Part shown: piece after piece, positions 1 to 9,170 of the stretch
How positions within the stretch are numbered: the first letter of the stretch is position 1
How the letters are laid out: every line of letters begins with the position of its first letter
Assembly (NCBI GenBank): GCA_019752815.1
Contig: JAIELQ010000005.1
Location: 140,816 to 204,815 of the forward strand
Direction: 5' to 3'
DNA length: 64,000 bases
Origin: Patescibacteria group bacterium
GTDB taxonomy: Bacteria > Patescibacteriota > Minisyncoccia > Phycocordibacterales > UBA918
The notes under the pieces: model-generated
Told to the model about the DNA's origin: nothing
What the model saw: only the letters and a program-made list of their open reading frames with translations
The model's database searches: none
Program-made: the position numbers and the translations under genes

Positions 1-426
1 CTCCCAGCCGAAGTCATGGTGAGAAAATGCTTTATGAGCTTTCACCGTGAGTGTGGTATTAAGTAGCAATACCCCTTGGTCAGCCCAGCGCTCAAGATTG
101 CCGCTTTGGGGGATTGGCTGATCTAAATCAGACGCAAGTTCCCTGTATATATTTAAAAGTGACGGTGGAATCGCAGTACCATCGGGTACCGAAAATGCCA
201 GACCGTGTGCTTGACCAGTATTGTGATAAGGGTCTTGTCCCAAAATAACCACTGACACTTGGTTAAACGGGCAATGTTGCAGGGCATTAAACACTAATGG
301 TGAGGGAGGGAATACGGTGGTCGTGAGGTACGCTTCGTCTACCTTTAACGTGAGTGACTGGAAATACTCTTTGGTAAATTCTGGCGCAAGCATTTTTTTC
401 CAAGAATCTTCAATCTTGATATCCAT
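1..426 (-). CDS. ung: Uracil-DNA glycosylase (family 1). N-terminal portion with start at 426; the C-terminus runs off the window edge.
   Basis: Reverse-strand translation from ATG at 424-426 gives MDIKIEDSWKKMLAPEF...VVILGQDPYHNTGQAHGLAFSV...LLLNTTLTV, including the GQDPYH catalytic motif. Not in the ORF track because it is edge-truncated. Confidence 0.8.
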   Translation of the reverse strand, partial: MDIKIEDSWKKMLAPEFTKEYFQSLTLKVDEAYLTTTVFPPSPLVFNALQHCPFNQVSVVILGQDPYHNTGQAHGLAFSVPDGTAIPPSLLNIYRELASDLDQPIPQSGNLERWADQGVLLLNTTLTVKAHKAFSHHDFGWE

Positions 427-521
427 ATGCAGTACTATACTAAAAATGATAGTACTTGGCATGTTATGTAAAAAACAAAGCCACCCTGGTAGGGTAGCTT
501 TGCCGAGTTGGTTTAGATAGT

Positions 522-932
522 TTAAACAAACTGGCTAATGATCGAGATGTTTTGCAAGAGCAACCTAGTGGTGCTGGTTAATGCAAAGTGTCTCGTGTTG
601 TGAATTGTGGTCCAACCGAGGGCATCAATTTCTTTGTAATCAGGCCTCATTTGATGCGTATTTTCTGCATATCCACGGAAACATTCAATTTCCTCAATAT
701 GGTCTGGCCATATGATTGTTTCGGTGTGTATCCATTCCAACTTTGAGCAGAAAACATGGGCTTCCTGCCTTGCCTCACGTAGCAGGGCTGCTTCTGGACT
801 CTCTCCTTTTTCAACTCCTCCACCAATCATGTGCCATAGTCGCCGTTTCGCTTGCCGTCCTAAAAGAAGTTTTTGTTCCTCATTGAGCAAAACGAGCCGG
901 GAAAGCTTTTTAATAGGTGTTCTTTTTGCCAT
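522..932 (-). CDS. NUDIX hydrolase
   Basis: Nudix box GGGVEKGESPEAALLREARQEAHV (GX5EX7REUXEEXGU-like). Confidence 0.8.
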   Translation of the reverse strand: MAKRTPIKKLSRLVLLNEEQKLLLGRQAKRRLWHMIGGGVEKGESPEAALLREARQEAHVFCSKLEWIHTETIIWPDHIEEIECFRGYAENTHQMRPDYKEIDALGWTTIHNTRHFALTSTTRLLLQNISIISQFV

Positions 933-1000
933 CGCCGTTGATCCTTTTGCTATCCATCACTACAGTAGCATAGTGAAGGTATGGAGTATAATTATGGTAT

Positions 1001-1600
1001 ATGTTAATTATTGATATTGAAGCCACTGGTACCAACGCCCACAAACACTCCATTGTATCTATTGGCGCTGTTGATTTACAAAATCCTACTAATCGTTTTT
1101 ATGGTGAATGTCGGATGTGGGGTGGGGCCCATGTGATGGATGAAGCACTTGTTGTTAATGGATTTACGGAAGCGGAAATTACTGACCCTGCCAAACAAAC
1201 CGAAGCTGAACTCGTGACATCGTTTATGGAATGGACACACGGACTGGCAAACCGGACTCCGGCCGGACAAAATGTGTCGTTTGATAGAGCCTATTTAGAA
1301 GCTGCGTGTGGTAGGGCGGGTATACAATTTGATTTACCATTTCGGACTATTGATGCCCACACACTCGGGGTTATGCATATGACGAAACGCGGACTCATCC
1401 CTCCATTTGATGTCGAGCATAAACACAGTGCACTCAATCTCGATGGAGTCATGAACTATTGCGGTATCCCTGATGAACCTGATCCGCACAATGCACTCAC
1501 GGGCGCACTCTCACATGCCGAAGTCGTGTCACGATTGCTGTTTGATAAAAAACTTCTCCCCGAATTTTCACAATTCGAAATCCCTTGGCACAAGGCGTGA
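1001..1600 (+). CDS. DEDD-family 3'-5' exonuclease (DnaQ/RNase T-like)
   Basis: Exo I motif IDIEATG at the N-terminus, Exo II-like NVSFDRAYL, and a C-terminal H-containing motif HNALTGALSHAE. Confidence 0.7.
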   Translation: MLIIDIEATGTNAHKHSIVSIGAVDLQNPTNRFYGECRMWGGAHVMDEALVVNGFTEAEITDPAKQTEAELVTSFMEWTHGLANRTPAGQNVSFDRAYLEAACGRAGIQFDLPFRTIDAHTLGVMHMTKRGLIPPFDVEHKHSALNLDGVMNYCGIPDEPDPHNALTGALSHAEVVSRLLFDKKLLPEFSQFEIPWHKA

Positions 1601-1618
1601 TGATACAATGAACTAACT

Positions 1619-2374
1619 ATGGTTAAAAAAATGTTAGGTCTAGGAAAAAAGAAAGTTACTAAAAAAGCTAATGACAATCTCAGTCACTGTCGGATAGTGA
1701 CTGATTTGCTCGACCCCAAGGGTACCGATGGTGATGCAATTCAGTCATGGCGTGTATTTCGGATTATGTCCGAGTTCGTTAGTGGTTTTGAACTTTTGCG
1801 TAATCACGGACTAGCGGTAACATTTTGGGGAAGTGCTCGTATTGAGCCGGGTAACCCCTACTACAAAGCAGCCGAAGAGCTGGCAGCCAAACTCGCCAAA
1901 AAGGGATTCTCGGTTATCTCAGGCGGTGGTCCCGGTATTATGGAGGCGTCAAATGTAGGAGCATTTAAAGTGGGTGGTAAATCAGTCGGTTTGAATATTC
2001 AGTTACCGTTTGAGCAAAAGCTTAATCCGTATGTCACTGAAACCCTCAGTTTTGATTTCTTTTTCTCGCGCAAAGTAATGCTCACGTTTGCGTCTGAAGC
2101 GTATGTCTATTTCCCAGGTGGTTTTGGTACGCTTGATGAATTGTTTGAAATACTCACCCTGGTGCAAACTAAAAAAATCTCACCATTGCCGATTGTATTA
2201 ATCGGTTCGGATTTTTGGAACCCGCTGTTAACGTGGTTTGAAAAAGACCTCCTAAAAAAACACAAAGTAATTAGTAAAGAAGATCTGGAATTGTATAAAG
2301 TGTTTGATTCAATTGAAGAAGCGTATAAGTATATTTTGAAGAATGTCGACTGCAACAATACGCGCCAGCTGTAA
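1619..2374 (+). CDS. LOG family protein (TIGR00730-type cytokinin riboside 5'-monophosphate phosphoribohydrolase-like). The true start may be the internal Met MSEFVSG.
   Basis: Motifs TFWGSARI, VISGGGPGIMEA and PGGFGTLDELFE (PGGxGTxxE). Confidence 0.8.
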   Translation: MVKKMLGLGKKKVTKKANDNLSHCRIVTDLLDPKGTDGDAIQSWRVFRIMSEFVSGFELLRNHGLAVTFWGSARIEPGNPYYKAAEELAAKLAKKGFSVISGGGPGIMEASNVGAFKVGGKSVGLNIQLPFEQKLNPYVTETLSFDFFFSRKVMLTFASEAYVYFPGGFGTLDELFEILTLVQTKKISPLPIVLIGSDFWNPLLTWFEKDLLKKHKVISKEDLELYKVFDSIEEAYKYILKNVDCNNTRQL

Positions 2375-2376
2375 GT

Positions 2377-3225
2377 ATGAAAAACGCACACATTGTATTT
2401 GATATTGGTGGCACTAAAACTCGGGTAGCAATCTCAAGTGACGGAGAGAAGCTTGATGAAGTTGCTAGTTTCCATACGCCGTATGATCCAAAAGAAGGTG
2501 TCAAAAAAATTATTGAGACTATTACCGAAATTGCTCACGGTGTTGAAATTACCACTATCGCCGGTGGTATCCGTGGAGTATTAAGTGAAGAGCGTCGCGG
2601 CATTGTGCATGATGATGTATTAACTGATTGGGTCGATTTTGATGTTGTAGAGGCTCTGGGCAAAAAGTACTCGGTACCGATGTATCTGGAAAATGATGCT
2701 GCGCTCGCAGGCTTAGGCGAAACACATTTTGGTGCCGGGGTTGGTGTAGATTTGGTTGTGTACCATACGGTGAGTACCGGGGTAGGTGGTGTGCGAATTT
2801 CTAATGGCCGGATTGATGCTGCCTCATCTGGTTTTGAACCAGGACATCAGGTGCTTGATATTGATCGCACTATTTTGGGCGATGATATTGAACCAACTTT
2901 GGAGAATCTAGTTTCTGGAACGGCGCTTGAAAAACGCATGGGAGTGAAGCCGTATGATATCCCGCAATCAGATGTAATTTGGGATGAGCTTGCCGGGTAC
3001 TTGGCTCAAGGTTTGCGCAATACTATTTTGTATTGGTCACCCGAAGCTATCATTTTGGGTGGCTCGATGATTATTGGAGATCCAAAAATCCCGATTGAAG
3101 CGATTCGTAAAGCCACGGTTGAAGTCCTCGATGATTTTGTTGAATGTCCGTTTATTACGACGGCCAGTTTGGGGGATGAGGCGGGACTGTATGGAGCACT
3201 CGCTCTCATTCGTCAGCACTCCTAG
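2377..3225 (+). CDS. ROK family sugar kinase (glucokinase-like)
   Basis: N-terminal VFDIGGTKTRVA ATPase motif with an ENDAALAGLGE sugar-kinase core; length about 280 aa. Confidence 0.75.
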   Translation: MKNAHIVFDIGGTKTRVAISSDGEKLDEVASFHTPYDPKEGVKKIIETITEIAHGVEITTIAGGIRGVLSEERRGIVHDDVLTDWVDFDVVEALGKKYSVPMYLENDAALAGLGETHFGAGVGVDLVVYHTVSTGVGGVRISNGRIDAASSGFEPGHQVLDIDRTILGDDIEPTLENLVSGTALEKRMGVKPYDIPQSDVIWDELAGYLAQGLRNTILYWSPEAIILGGSMIIGDPKIPIEAIRKATVEVLDDFVECPFITTASLGDEAGLYGALALIRQHS

Positions 3226-3392
3226 AGAAGGCTTCCAAAAACGGCGAACTTCTTTGTCAGGCTACGGTAAAAGTTTTCTCACCGTACGTTGGGTACGGCT
3301 CGTAAACTTTTCCTTGCCTTTCGCGAATTTCACTCGTTTTAGAAAGCCTATCGGTTAGTTAGATATTTATATTTTGAAAATTTACAAATAGA

Positions 3393-3422
3393 AAAGCGGC
3401 ACCTGAGGGGTGCCGCTTTTTG
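3393..3422. terminator. Bidirectional rho-independent terminator between the ROK kinase and the convergent minus-strand ORF
   Basis: AAGCGGCACC-TGAGG-GGTGCCGCTT hairpin followed by a T-run; an A-run lies on the other side. Confidence 0.65.
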
Positions 3423-3423
3423 G

Positions 3424-3780
3424 TCATCGGGCGATTTTGACCATTACCGAATCTTGTTCATTTAGATGACGTGAATATTGGCAGAAAATATCGACAGAGA
3501 TCGGTCTTGCCATGAACAGTTGTTTTGAAACTTTTACATAGGCTACCCGTTTTTTCCACCAGTGCGGGTAGACAGTTTGACAATCTTGTTCGGTATCAAA
3601 TTCAACTTTCAGATACCAACCTAAAAGAGTATGTTCTCCAGGTTTGAGGAACTTTTTGACCGATGCAGATCTCAAATGGTGTTTTTGTCCCAAGAATTCA
3701 GGAACAAATATGCATCTGAGCCATTGTTGCCAGCTTGAGAGTTGACGGTTTTCCAGGGTAGGTATTGTCATGTATGACAT
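3424..3780 (-). CDS. Hypothetical protein
   Basis: 118-aa ORF with no recognisable motif, convergent with the ROK kinase and sharing its terminator. Confidence 0.35.
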   Translation of the reverse strand: MSYMTIPTLENRQLSSWQQWLRCIFVPEFLGQKHHLRSASVKKFLKPGEHTLLGWYLKVEFDTEQDCQTVYPHWWKKRVAYVKVSKQLFMARPISVDIFCQYSRHLNEQDSVMVKIAR

Positions 3781-3828
3781 CGAGGGACCCTTTTCAATGA
3801 GTTTTCTAAAACCGATACTACCACAATT

Positions 3829-3856
3829 TTGCAGACTGTCACATCTATCGTATAAT
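3829..3856 (+). promoter_or_regulatory. Candidate sigma70-type promoter for groES-groEL
   Basis: TTGCAG-N16-TATAAT about 85 nt upstream of the groES ATG. No CIRCE inverted repeat (TTAGCACTC-N9-GAGTGCTAA) is present. Confidence 0.4.
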
Positions 3857-3941
3857 ACCCTCGCTCGGGGAGTTTTCTATTTTTGTACAGATCTTTGAGT
3901 AATTGAAATTTTTATCATTCGCTTAACTTGTAAACACATAT

Positions 3942-4274
3942 ATGTCAGAAAATCCAAATCAAAGCGTTTCGCCGATACGACCATTAGGAGATAGAGTTAT
4001 TGTTCGACCGCTTACTGATGCCGAAGCCGGAACGCTGTCAGCCTCAGGAATTATCATTCCTGATTCCGCCAAGAAAGAAAAACCCGAACAAGGAATTGTT
4101 ATAGCGGTAGGGAATGGGAAATGGAATGAAGACGGCGATAAACGAATTGCCATGGAAGTAAAAGTTGGAGATAAAGTTATCTTCTCAAAATACGGTTTTG
4201 ACGAAGTTAAAGTTGACGGAAAAGAATATTTTATTGTCGGAGAAGCCAGTATCTTGGGTATTTTTACTAACTAA
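3942..4274 (+). CDS. groES: Co-chaperonin GroES
   Basis: IRPLGDRVIVRP...GIIIPDSAKEKP..GIVIAVGNG; 110 aa, immediately upstream of groEL. Confidence 0.95.
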   Translation: MSENPNQSVSPIRPLGDRVIVRPLTDAEAGTLSASGIIIPDSAKKEKPEQGIVIAVGNGKWNEDGDKRIAMEVKVGDKVIFSKYGFDEVKVDGKEYFIVGEASILGIFTN

Positions 4275-4290
4275 TCTAAATTATTAACAT

Positions 4291-5946
4291 ATGGCTAAAC
4301 AAGTAATTTACGGAGAAGAAGTAAAAAAGAAATTGCAAAAAGGTGTTGATACGGTAGCCAATGCGGTAAAGGTAACACTAGGTCCCCGCGGACGTAACGT
4401 TATCCTCGACAAGGGCTACGGTGCGCCAACGATAACGAACGACGGTGTGTCAATCGCCAAAGAAATTACCCTCAAAGACAAATTTGAAAACATGGGGGCA
4501 GAAATCATCAAAGAAGTTGCCAACAAAACGAATGAACTGGCTGGAGATGGTACGACTACCGCAACGGTACTAACGCAAGCATTGGTGAGTGAGGGCCTCA
4601 AGCAAACTACCATGGGTCTCAACTCAATGGCGGTGCGTAATGGTATGGAACACGCCTCAATTGATGTGGTGGCAGCTTTGCGCGCGATGGCAACACAGAT
4701 TACTTCTGTTGATGAGATTAAACAGGTAGCCACTATTTCAGCTGAAAGTGCAGAACTTGGAGAAAAAATTGCCGAAACGATCGACCGCGTTGGTAAAGAT
4801 GGGGTAGTAACGGTTGAAGAGTCTCAAAGTTTTGGTATTGAAACCGAACTGACCGAAGGTATGCAATTTGACCGCGGGTACGTATCACCATACATGGTAA
4901 CCAACCCAGAGCGAATGGAGGCTGCCTACAAAAATGCCCATATATTAATTACAGACAAGAAAATTTCTTCAGTTCAAGAAATTTTGCCGTTGCTTGAGAA
5001 AATTGCCGCCACGGGTAAAAAAGAATTAGTGATTATCGCCGACGATATTGAAGGCGAGGCGCTGGCAACATTTGTGGTAAACAAACTTAAAGGAGGATTC
5101 TCAGTATTGGCGGTTAAGGCTCCGGGATACGGTGACCGCAAAAAGGAAGTATTGGCTGATATCGCGGTTACAACGGGCGGACAACTCATTACCGATGATG
5201 TGGGTCTAAAGTTAGAAACGGTAGAAATTGCTGATTTAGGAAAAGCTGATCGCGTTGTATCAACCAAAGACACCACCGTAATTGTAGGCGGGGCAGGGAC
5301 CAAAGAATCAATTGATAATCGCGTTAAGGCCCTTAAGGCACAGCTTGAAAATACCACTTCAAAATATGATGGTGCCGAAATTGAAAAACGGATTGCCAAA
5401 TTGACGGGGGGAGTAGCAGTGATCCGTGTTGGTGCAGCCACCGAAACTGAAATGAAGTACCTGAAGCTCAAAATTGAAGATGCGGTTAATGCGACCAAAG
5501 CCGCCGTTGAAGAGGGGATTGTGCCGGGTGGTGGAATCGCCTTAGCATTAGCTGCAGGCATTGTAGGTGAAAAAGCTCCTGGTTTAAAAACAACTGAAGA
5601 GCTGATTGGCTACAGCATTGTTTTAAAAGCATTAACTGCACCACTTAGACAAATTGCTGATAACTCAGGATTAATGGATGGATCGGTTGTATTAGAAAAA
5701 CTTAAAGAGGCTATCAAGAAAGATCCTAAATCAAGGATTGGCTACGATGCTGCCAAAGGTGTGATGGTGGACGATATGATTAAAGCGGGAATCATCGACC
5801 CAGTTAAGGTGGAGCGAGCCGCGGTACAACACGCAGTATCAGCTGCCGCCATTCTCCTTACTTCAGAATGTGCGATTGCAGACGAACCAGAACCAGAGAA
5901 ACCGGCCATGCCAGATATGGGGGGAATGGGCGGAGGAATGTACTAG
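4291..5946 (+). CDS. groEL: Chaperonin GroEL
   Basis: AKQVIYGEE...LGPRGRNVIL..., DGTTTATVL, and the GGM-rich C-terminal tail GGMGGGMY. Confidence 0.97.
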   Translation: MAKQVIYGEEVKKKLQKGVDTVANAVKVTLGPRGRNVILDKGYGAPTITNDGVSIAKEITLKDKFENMGAEIIKEVANKTNELAGDGTTTATVLTQALVSEGLKQTTMGLNSMAVRNGMEHASIDVVAALRAMATQITSVDEIKQVATISAESAELGEKIAETIDRVGKDGVVTVEESQSFGIETELTEGMQFDRGYVSPYMVTNPERMEAAYKNAHILITDKKISSVQEILPLLEKIAATGKKELVIIADDIEGEALATFVVNKLKGGFSVLAVKAPGYGDRKKEVLADIAVTTGGQLITDDVGLKLETVEIADLGKADRVVSTKDTTVIVGGAGTKESIDNRVKALKAQLENTTSKYDGAEIEKRIAKLTGGVAVIRVGAATETEMKYLKLKIEDAVNATKAAVEEGIVPGGGIALALAAGIVGEKAPGLKTTEELIGYSIVLKALTAPLRQIADNSGLMDGSVVLEKLKEAIKKDPKSRIGYDAAKGVMVDDMIKAGIIDPVKVERAAVQHAVSAAAILLTSECAIADEPEPEKPAMPDMGGMGGGMY

Positions 5947-5966
5947 ATTAAAAAATTTCGTATGAA

Positions 5967-5998
5967 AAAAGCGGGCCAATTCATTGGCCCGCTTTTTG
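5967..5998 (+). terminator. Rho-independent terminator after groEL
   Basis: AAAGCGGGCCAA-TTCA-TTGGCCCGCTTTTT. Confidence 0.75.
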
Positions 5999-6007
5999 GT
6001 TATGAGG

Positions 6008-6361
6008 TTATTCTTTGTGCCAACGGCGATTGAGATAGTAGCCCATACCATACTCAGCCATAATGATGTTGGTATATCCTGTGGCGTCCTTGATCTTCTT
6101 TTTTATTCTTGAAACATACGCGTCAATCGACCGAAGTCGTTGCCTTCCACGTTTGTACGGGCCGTGTTTCTGGGCTTCTAGCAAAGTTTCCCGGCTGAAA
6201 ATTGTATCCGGCTTAGACAAAAGCAGGCTAAATATCATCATTTCTCGCACGGTGAGTGCAACTGGCGTTCCTTTTATGTATACATCAATTTCACTACACC
6301 AGATGTCTTTGACGAGGGGCTTTGTCTTCCGGTCGGGTACGATATTGCTATGCTGAAGCAT
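6008..6361 (-). CDS. Stand-alone OmpR/PhoB-type winged-helix DNA-binding protein (trans_reg_C domain only, no receiver)
   Basis: 117 aa; LTVREMMIFSLLLSKPDTIFSRETLLE...IDAYVSRIKKKI...GMGY matches the OmpR C-terminal effector domain pattern. Confidence 0.6.
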   Translation of the reverse strand: MLQHSNIVPDRKTKPLVKDIWCSEIDVYIKGTPVALTVREMMIFSLLLSKPDTIFSRETLLEAQKHGPYKRGRQRLRSIDAYVSRIKKKIKDATGYTNIIMAEYGMGYYLNRRWHKE

Positions 6362-6423
6362 GAACCACTGTCTCCTGGGTGAACTATTTGTCAGTAGTAT
6401 GTCAGGGAATCTATTGTTGTCAA

Positions 6424-6451
6424 TAAAAAACGCGGACCAGGTTGGTCCGCG
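6424..6451 (-). terminator. Terminator downstream of the response-regulator-like gene (minus strand)
   Basis: CGCGGACC-AGGTT-GGTCCGCG hairpin with a T-run on the minus strand. Confidence 0.55.
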
Positions 6452-6460
6452 GTATTCATA

Positions 6461-7144
6461 TTAGATTTCTGTATTTGTGGTGGTGTTGGCAACATCAATT
6501 TTATCTAAATCAATGCGGTAACCAAAACCACTGCCAGTGACGATCATGTGTGGTGACAGACCGCTCTTCTTAAGCTTTTTCCGTAAACGCTTCACGTGAC
6601 TATCGATGAGTCTATCGTGATACTCACCACGTAGTCCGATGACATCCAACAGCTGTTGACGATTGAGGTATCTGCCTTGAGCTGCTAATAACCCTCTAAA
6701 GATACGTATTTCCGTAACGGTGAGGACTGTGGTAACACCATGTATGTTTACGCAATTATCTGTTATATCGATACCTTTAACACTCTGCTTCTCTTTTATT
6801 TCAATTGAGATTGGCGTAGAGAAAAGATTTGCCAGCTCTGTTGGCGTAACTTCACCAGCCAGATATATTACTCCTTGCTCCCAGTAGGTAATAAACTGAC
6901 TGGCTCTGTATTCCGCAGAATAGACTATCACCTTGCTTCGTGGCACTAACTTTCTCATAAGTGTCGGAGAAAGCTTCGTGCCATCCATTTCCTCTATGCA
7001 CGTAACACATTGATCTGGAAGATACTTGCCGTACACAATATCTTCTACAACATCCTCAAGTGTAGTCATGATGAGTTCATAACCTCTTGTCGCTTGCTGA
7101 AACAAATTAGTGATTTTTGGGGTGTTCGAGATAATAAAGAACAT
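6461..7144 (-). CDS. OmpR-family response-regulator-like protein with an atypical receiver domain. The ORF extends to 7237; the likely start is 7144.
   Basis: C-terminal trans_reg_C (TEIRIFRGLLAAQGRYLNRQQLLD...DSHVKRLRKKL...GFGYRI). The N-terminal receiver-like fold lacks the acidic pair (IISNTPK) and the phosphoacceptor Asp (VTCIEEMDG). A strong RBS GGGAGAG lies before the Met at 7144. Confidence 0.6.
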   Translation of the reverse strand: MFFIISNTPKITNLFQQATRGYELIMTTLEDVVEDIVYGKYLPDQCVTCIEEMDGTKLSPTLMRKLVPRSKVIVYSAEYRASQFITYWEQGVIYLAGEVTPTELANLFSTPISIEIKEKQSVKGIDITDNCVNIHGVTTVLTVTEIRIFRGLLAAQGRYLNRQQLLDVIGLRGEYHDRLIDSHVKRLRKKLKKSGLSPHMIVTGSGFGYRIDLDKIDVANTTTNTEI

Positions 7145-7261
7145 GGTAACTCTCCCTGAGTTTTGATTTGACTGTCGGTAGTATGCCAGTAAAGAACTAT
7201 GTGTCAATGGTGAGGGTTTATGATATAATTTGAACATTAATTAATTGGTAATTATTTTGTT

Positions 7262-7840
7262 ATGACTTGGATTATTTTAGGAATGGTGGCTGTCTTCTTG
7301 TTGTACTGTGTATTTATGTATAACCGATTTGTGGCGCTAACCCAACGCACTAAAGAAGCGTGGGCGGATATTGATGTACAGCTCAAGCGTCGGTATGACC
7401 TTATTCCAAACTTAATTGAAACAGTAAAAGGGTATGCTGCTCATGAACGTGCCGCCCTTGACGCGGTGACGGAAGCCCGGGCCAAGGCCACCTCAACCCA
7501 CATTGATGCCGGAGGAATTACTCCCGCCATGATGGAGGCGATGGCCGGAGCTGAAGCGGCATTGGGTGGTGCGCTCGGCAAACTCATTGCCGTGGCCGAA
7601 GCGTACCCAGATCTAAAAGCCAACCAGAACTTTGCCCAATTACAAACTGAACTAGCTGATACAGAAAATAAAATTCAGGCCGCTCGTCGTTTCTACAACG
7701 GTAATGTGCGTGACCTCAAAATTGGTTTGCAATCATTCCCAGGAAACGTGATTGGTAACATGTTTAAATTTAAAGAAGAACCATTCTTTGAACTACCAGA
7801 AAATAGTGTTGAACGAGAAGTAGTGAAGGTGGCGTTCTAA
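7262..7840 (+). CDS. lemA: LemA family protein
   Basis: N-terminal TM helix, then NRFVALTQRTKEAWADIDVQLKRRYDLIPNLIETVKGYAAHE. Confidence 0.85.
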   Translation: MTWIILGMVAVFLLYCVFMYNRFVALTQRTKEAWADIDVQLKRRYDLIPNLIETVKGYAAHERAALDAVTEARAKATSTHIDAGGITPAMMEAMAGAEAALGGALGKLIAVAEAYPDLKANQNFAQLQTELADTENKIQAARRFYNGNVRDLKIGLQSFPGNVIGNMFKFKEEPFFELPENSVEREVVKVAF

Positions 7841-7841
7841 A

Positions 7842-8795
7842 TTGAATATGAAAACTCCTATCATTATTGGGGGACAAAAAATTGGTCGTCTACGTGCCAG
7901 TTTTTTGTTATTTAAGGAGTCCTGGCGATTCCTCAAAGCAGACAAAGAACTGTTGCTGGTACCAATATTCTCAACAGTCTTCTCAGGTATTCTCATTGGT
8001 CTGTTAACGTTGGTGCTCATTACGTCCTCTTCTTCATATGACAAGCTAGTTACTGGAAACGAAGGATTGGGATACTCTGAATATATTTTTATGTTCGGTG
8101 TGTATGTCGTGAGTGCTTTTTCGCTCGCTTTAGCGCAAGCCATCATTGTACACATTGTGTATGTGCGGGCTCATGGAGGTAATGCTACGTTAGGAAACGG
8201 TATTGCTCGTGCCTTTGCAAACTGGGTGCCACTCTTACTATGGGCGGTCATTACGAGTACGGTTGGTATGGCACTACGATTTATTTCTGAGCGTTCGGCT
8301 CTCGTTGGACGCATCGTGGCGGGACTACTTGGGGCTGCGTGGTCTATCCTGACATTTTTTGTGGTGCCAATACTGATACTACAAAAGAAAACACCTTTTA
8401 CCGCCGTGTCTGCTTCGGCTACATTGTTCAAGAAAACCTGGGGTGAAACTTTGGTAGCGAATGTAACACTTGGTTTGGTATTTATGGTGGCTCATCTGGT
8501 TGTACTAGCATCTTTTGTCGGTTTGCTTATTTACGGAGTGTCAACACAAAATGCGGTTTTGTTAATAAGTTCGATTGTTGGTGTATTACTTTGGCTTCTT
8601 ATTGCTACATTAGTATACTCTGCTTTGCAGGGAATCCTTAAAACACTGTTATACATTTATGCAGCTGAGGATGTGGTGCCGGAAAACTTTAACCGGGAAC
8701 TACTCGAAAGTATGCTCGAGCGTAATACAACAACCTTGCCGACGGCATCAACGCTAGTGGACGCACCAGTTTCAGATGTTACTTCTAAACCGTAG
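7842..8795 (+). CDS. Polytopic membrane protein, family unknown
   Basis: 317 aa with about 7 hydrophobic segments; starts 2 nt after the lemA stop. Confidence 0.5.
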   Translation: MNMKTPIIIGGQKIGRLRASFLLFKESWRFLKADKELLLVPIFSTVFSGILIGLLTLVLITSSSSYDKLVTGNEGLGYSEYIFMFGVYVVSAFSLALAQAIIVHIVYVRAHGGNATLGNGIARAFANWVPLLLWAVITSTVGMALRFISERSALVGRIVAGLLGAAWSILTFFVVPILILQKKTPFTAVSASATLFKKTWGETLVANVTLGLVFMVAHLVVLASFVGLLIYGVSTQNAVLLISSIVGVLLWLLIATLVYSALQGILKTLLYIYAAEDVVPENFNRELLESMLERNTTTLPTASTLVDAPVSDVTSKP

Positions 8796-8798
8796 TCT

Positions 8799-9170
8799 AT
8801 GGCAAAAATCTATTACAACAAATTAGTCCGTGATGGAATAAAAGAAAAAATTGAACAAAAAGGTGAGGGGTGTTCAGTGCGGGTAATAGTCGATGAAGCT
8901 GAGTTTGAACAGGAGTTGCTTAAAAAGGTTGTTGAAGAAGCGAATGCTTTGGCCCATGTGCGTACTCGTGCCGACTTTTTGTCAGAGTACTGCGATTTGA
9001 TGGTGGTATTAGATGCACTGACCCACAAGCTTGAAATCTCAGAAGCAGAAATAAAGTTAGCTATGACAGATAATGTATCTAAAAAAGGTTTATTCAAATA
9101 TCATCATTTTCTCGAATGGTCTGAAGATTCTGACTATAAAAGTAATGAAACACCCCAAGGTCTCAGATGA
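8799..9170 (+). CDS. MazG-like / HisE-like all-alpha NTP pyrophosphohydrolase family protein (tentative)
   Basis: N-terminal YNKLVRDGIKEKI motif typical of the small NTP-PPase family; 123 aa; overlaps the next gene by 4 nt. Confidence 0.4.
   Translation: MAKIYYNKLVRDGIKEKIEQKGEGCSVRVIVDEAEFEQELLKKVVEEANALAHVRTRADFLSEYCDLMVVLDALTHKLEISEAEIKLAMTDNVSKKGLFKYHHFLEWSEDSDYKSNETPQGLR

Noticed and set aside
317-520. 67-aa plus-strand ORF
   Set aside because: Lies antisense within the ung coding region; the minus-strand translation there is a clear uracil-DNA glycosylase.
3781-3941. CIRCE operator upstream of groES
   Set aside because: The consensus TTAGCACTC-N9-GAGTGCTAA is absent; only a TTGCAG-N16-TATAAT promoter-like element is present.
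4974-5561. 195-aa minus-strand ORF inside groEL
   Set aside because: Antisense to a highly conserved gene; A/S/T-rich artefact.
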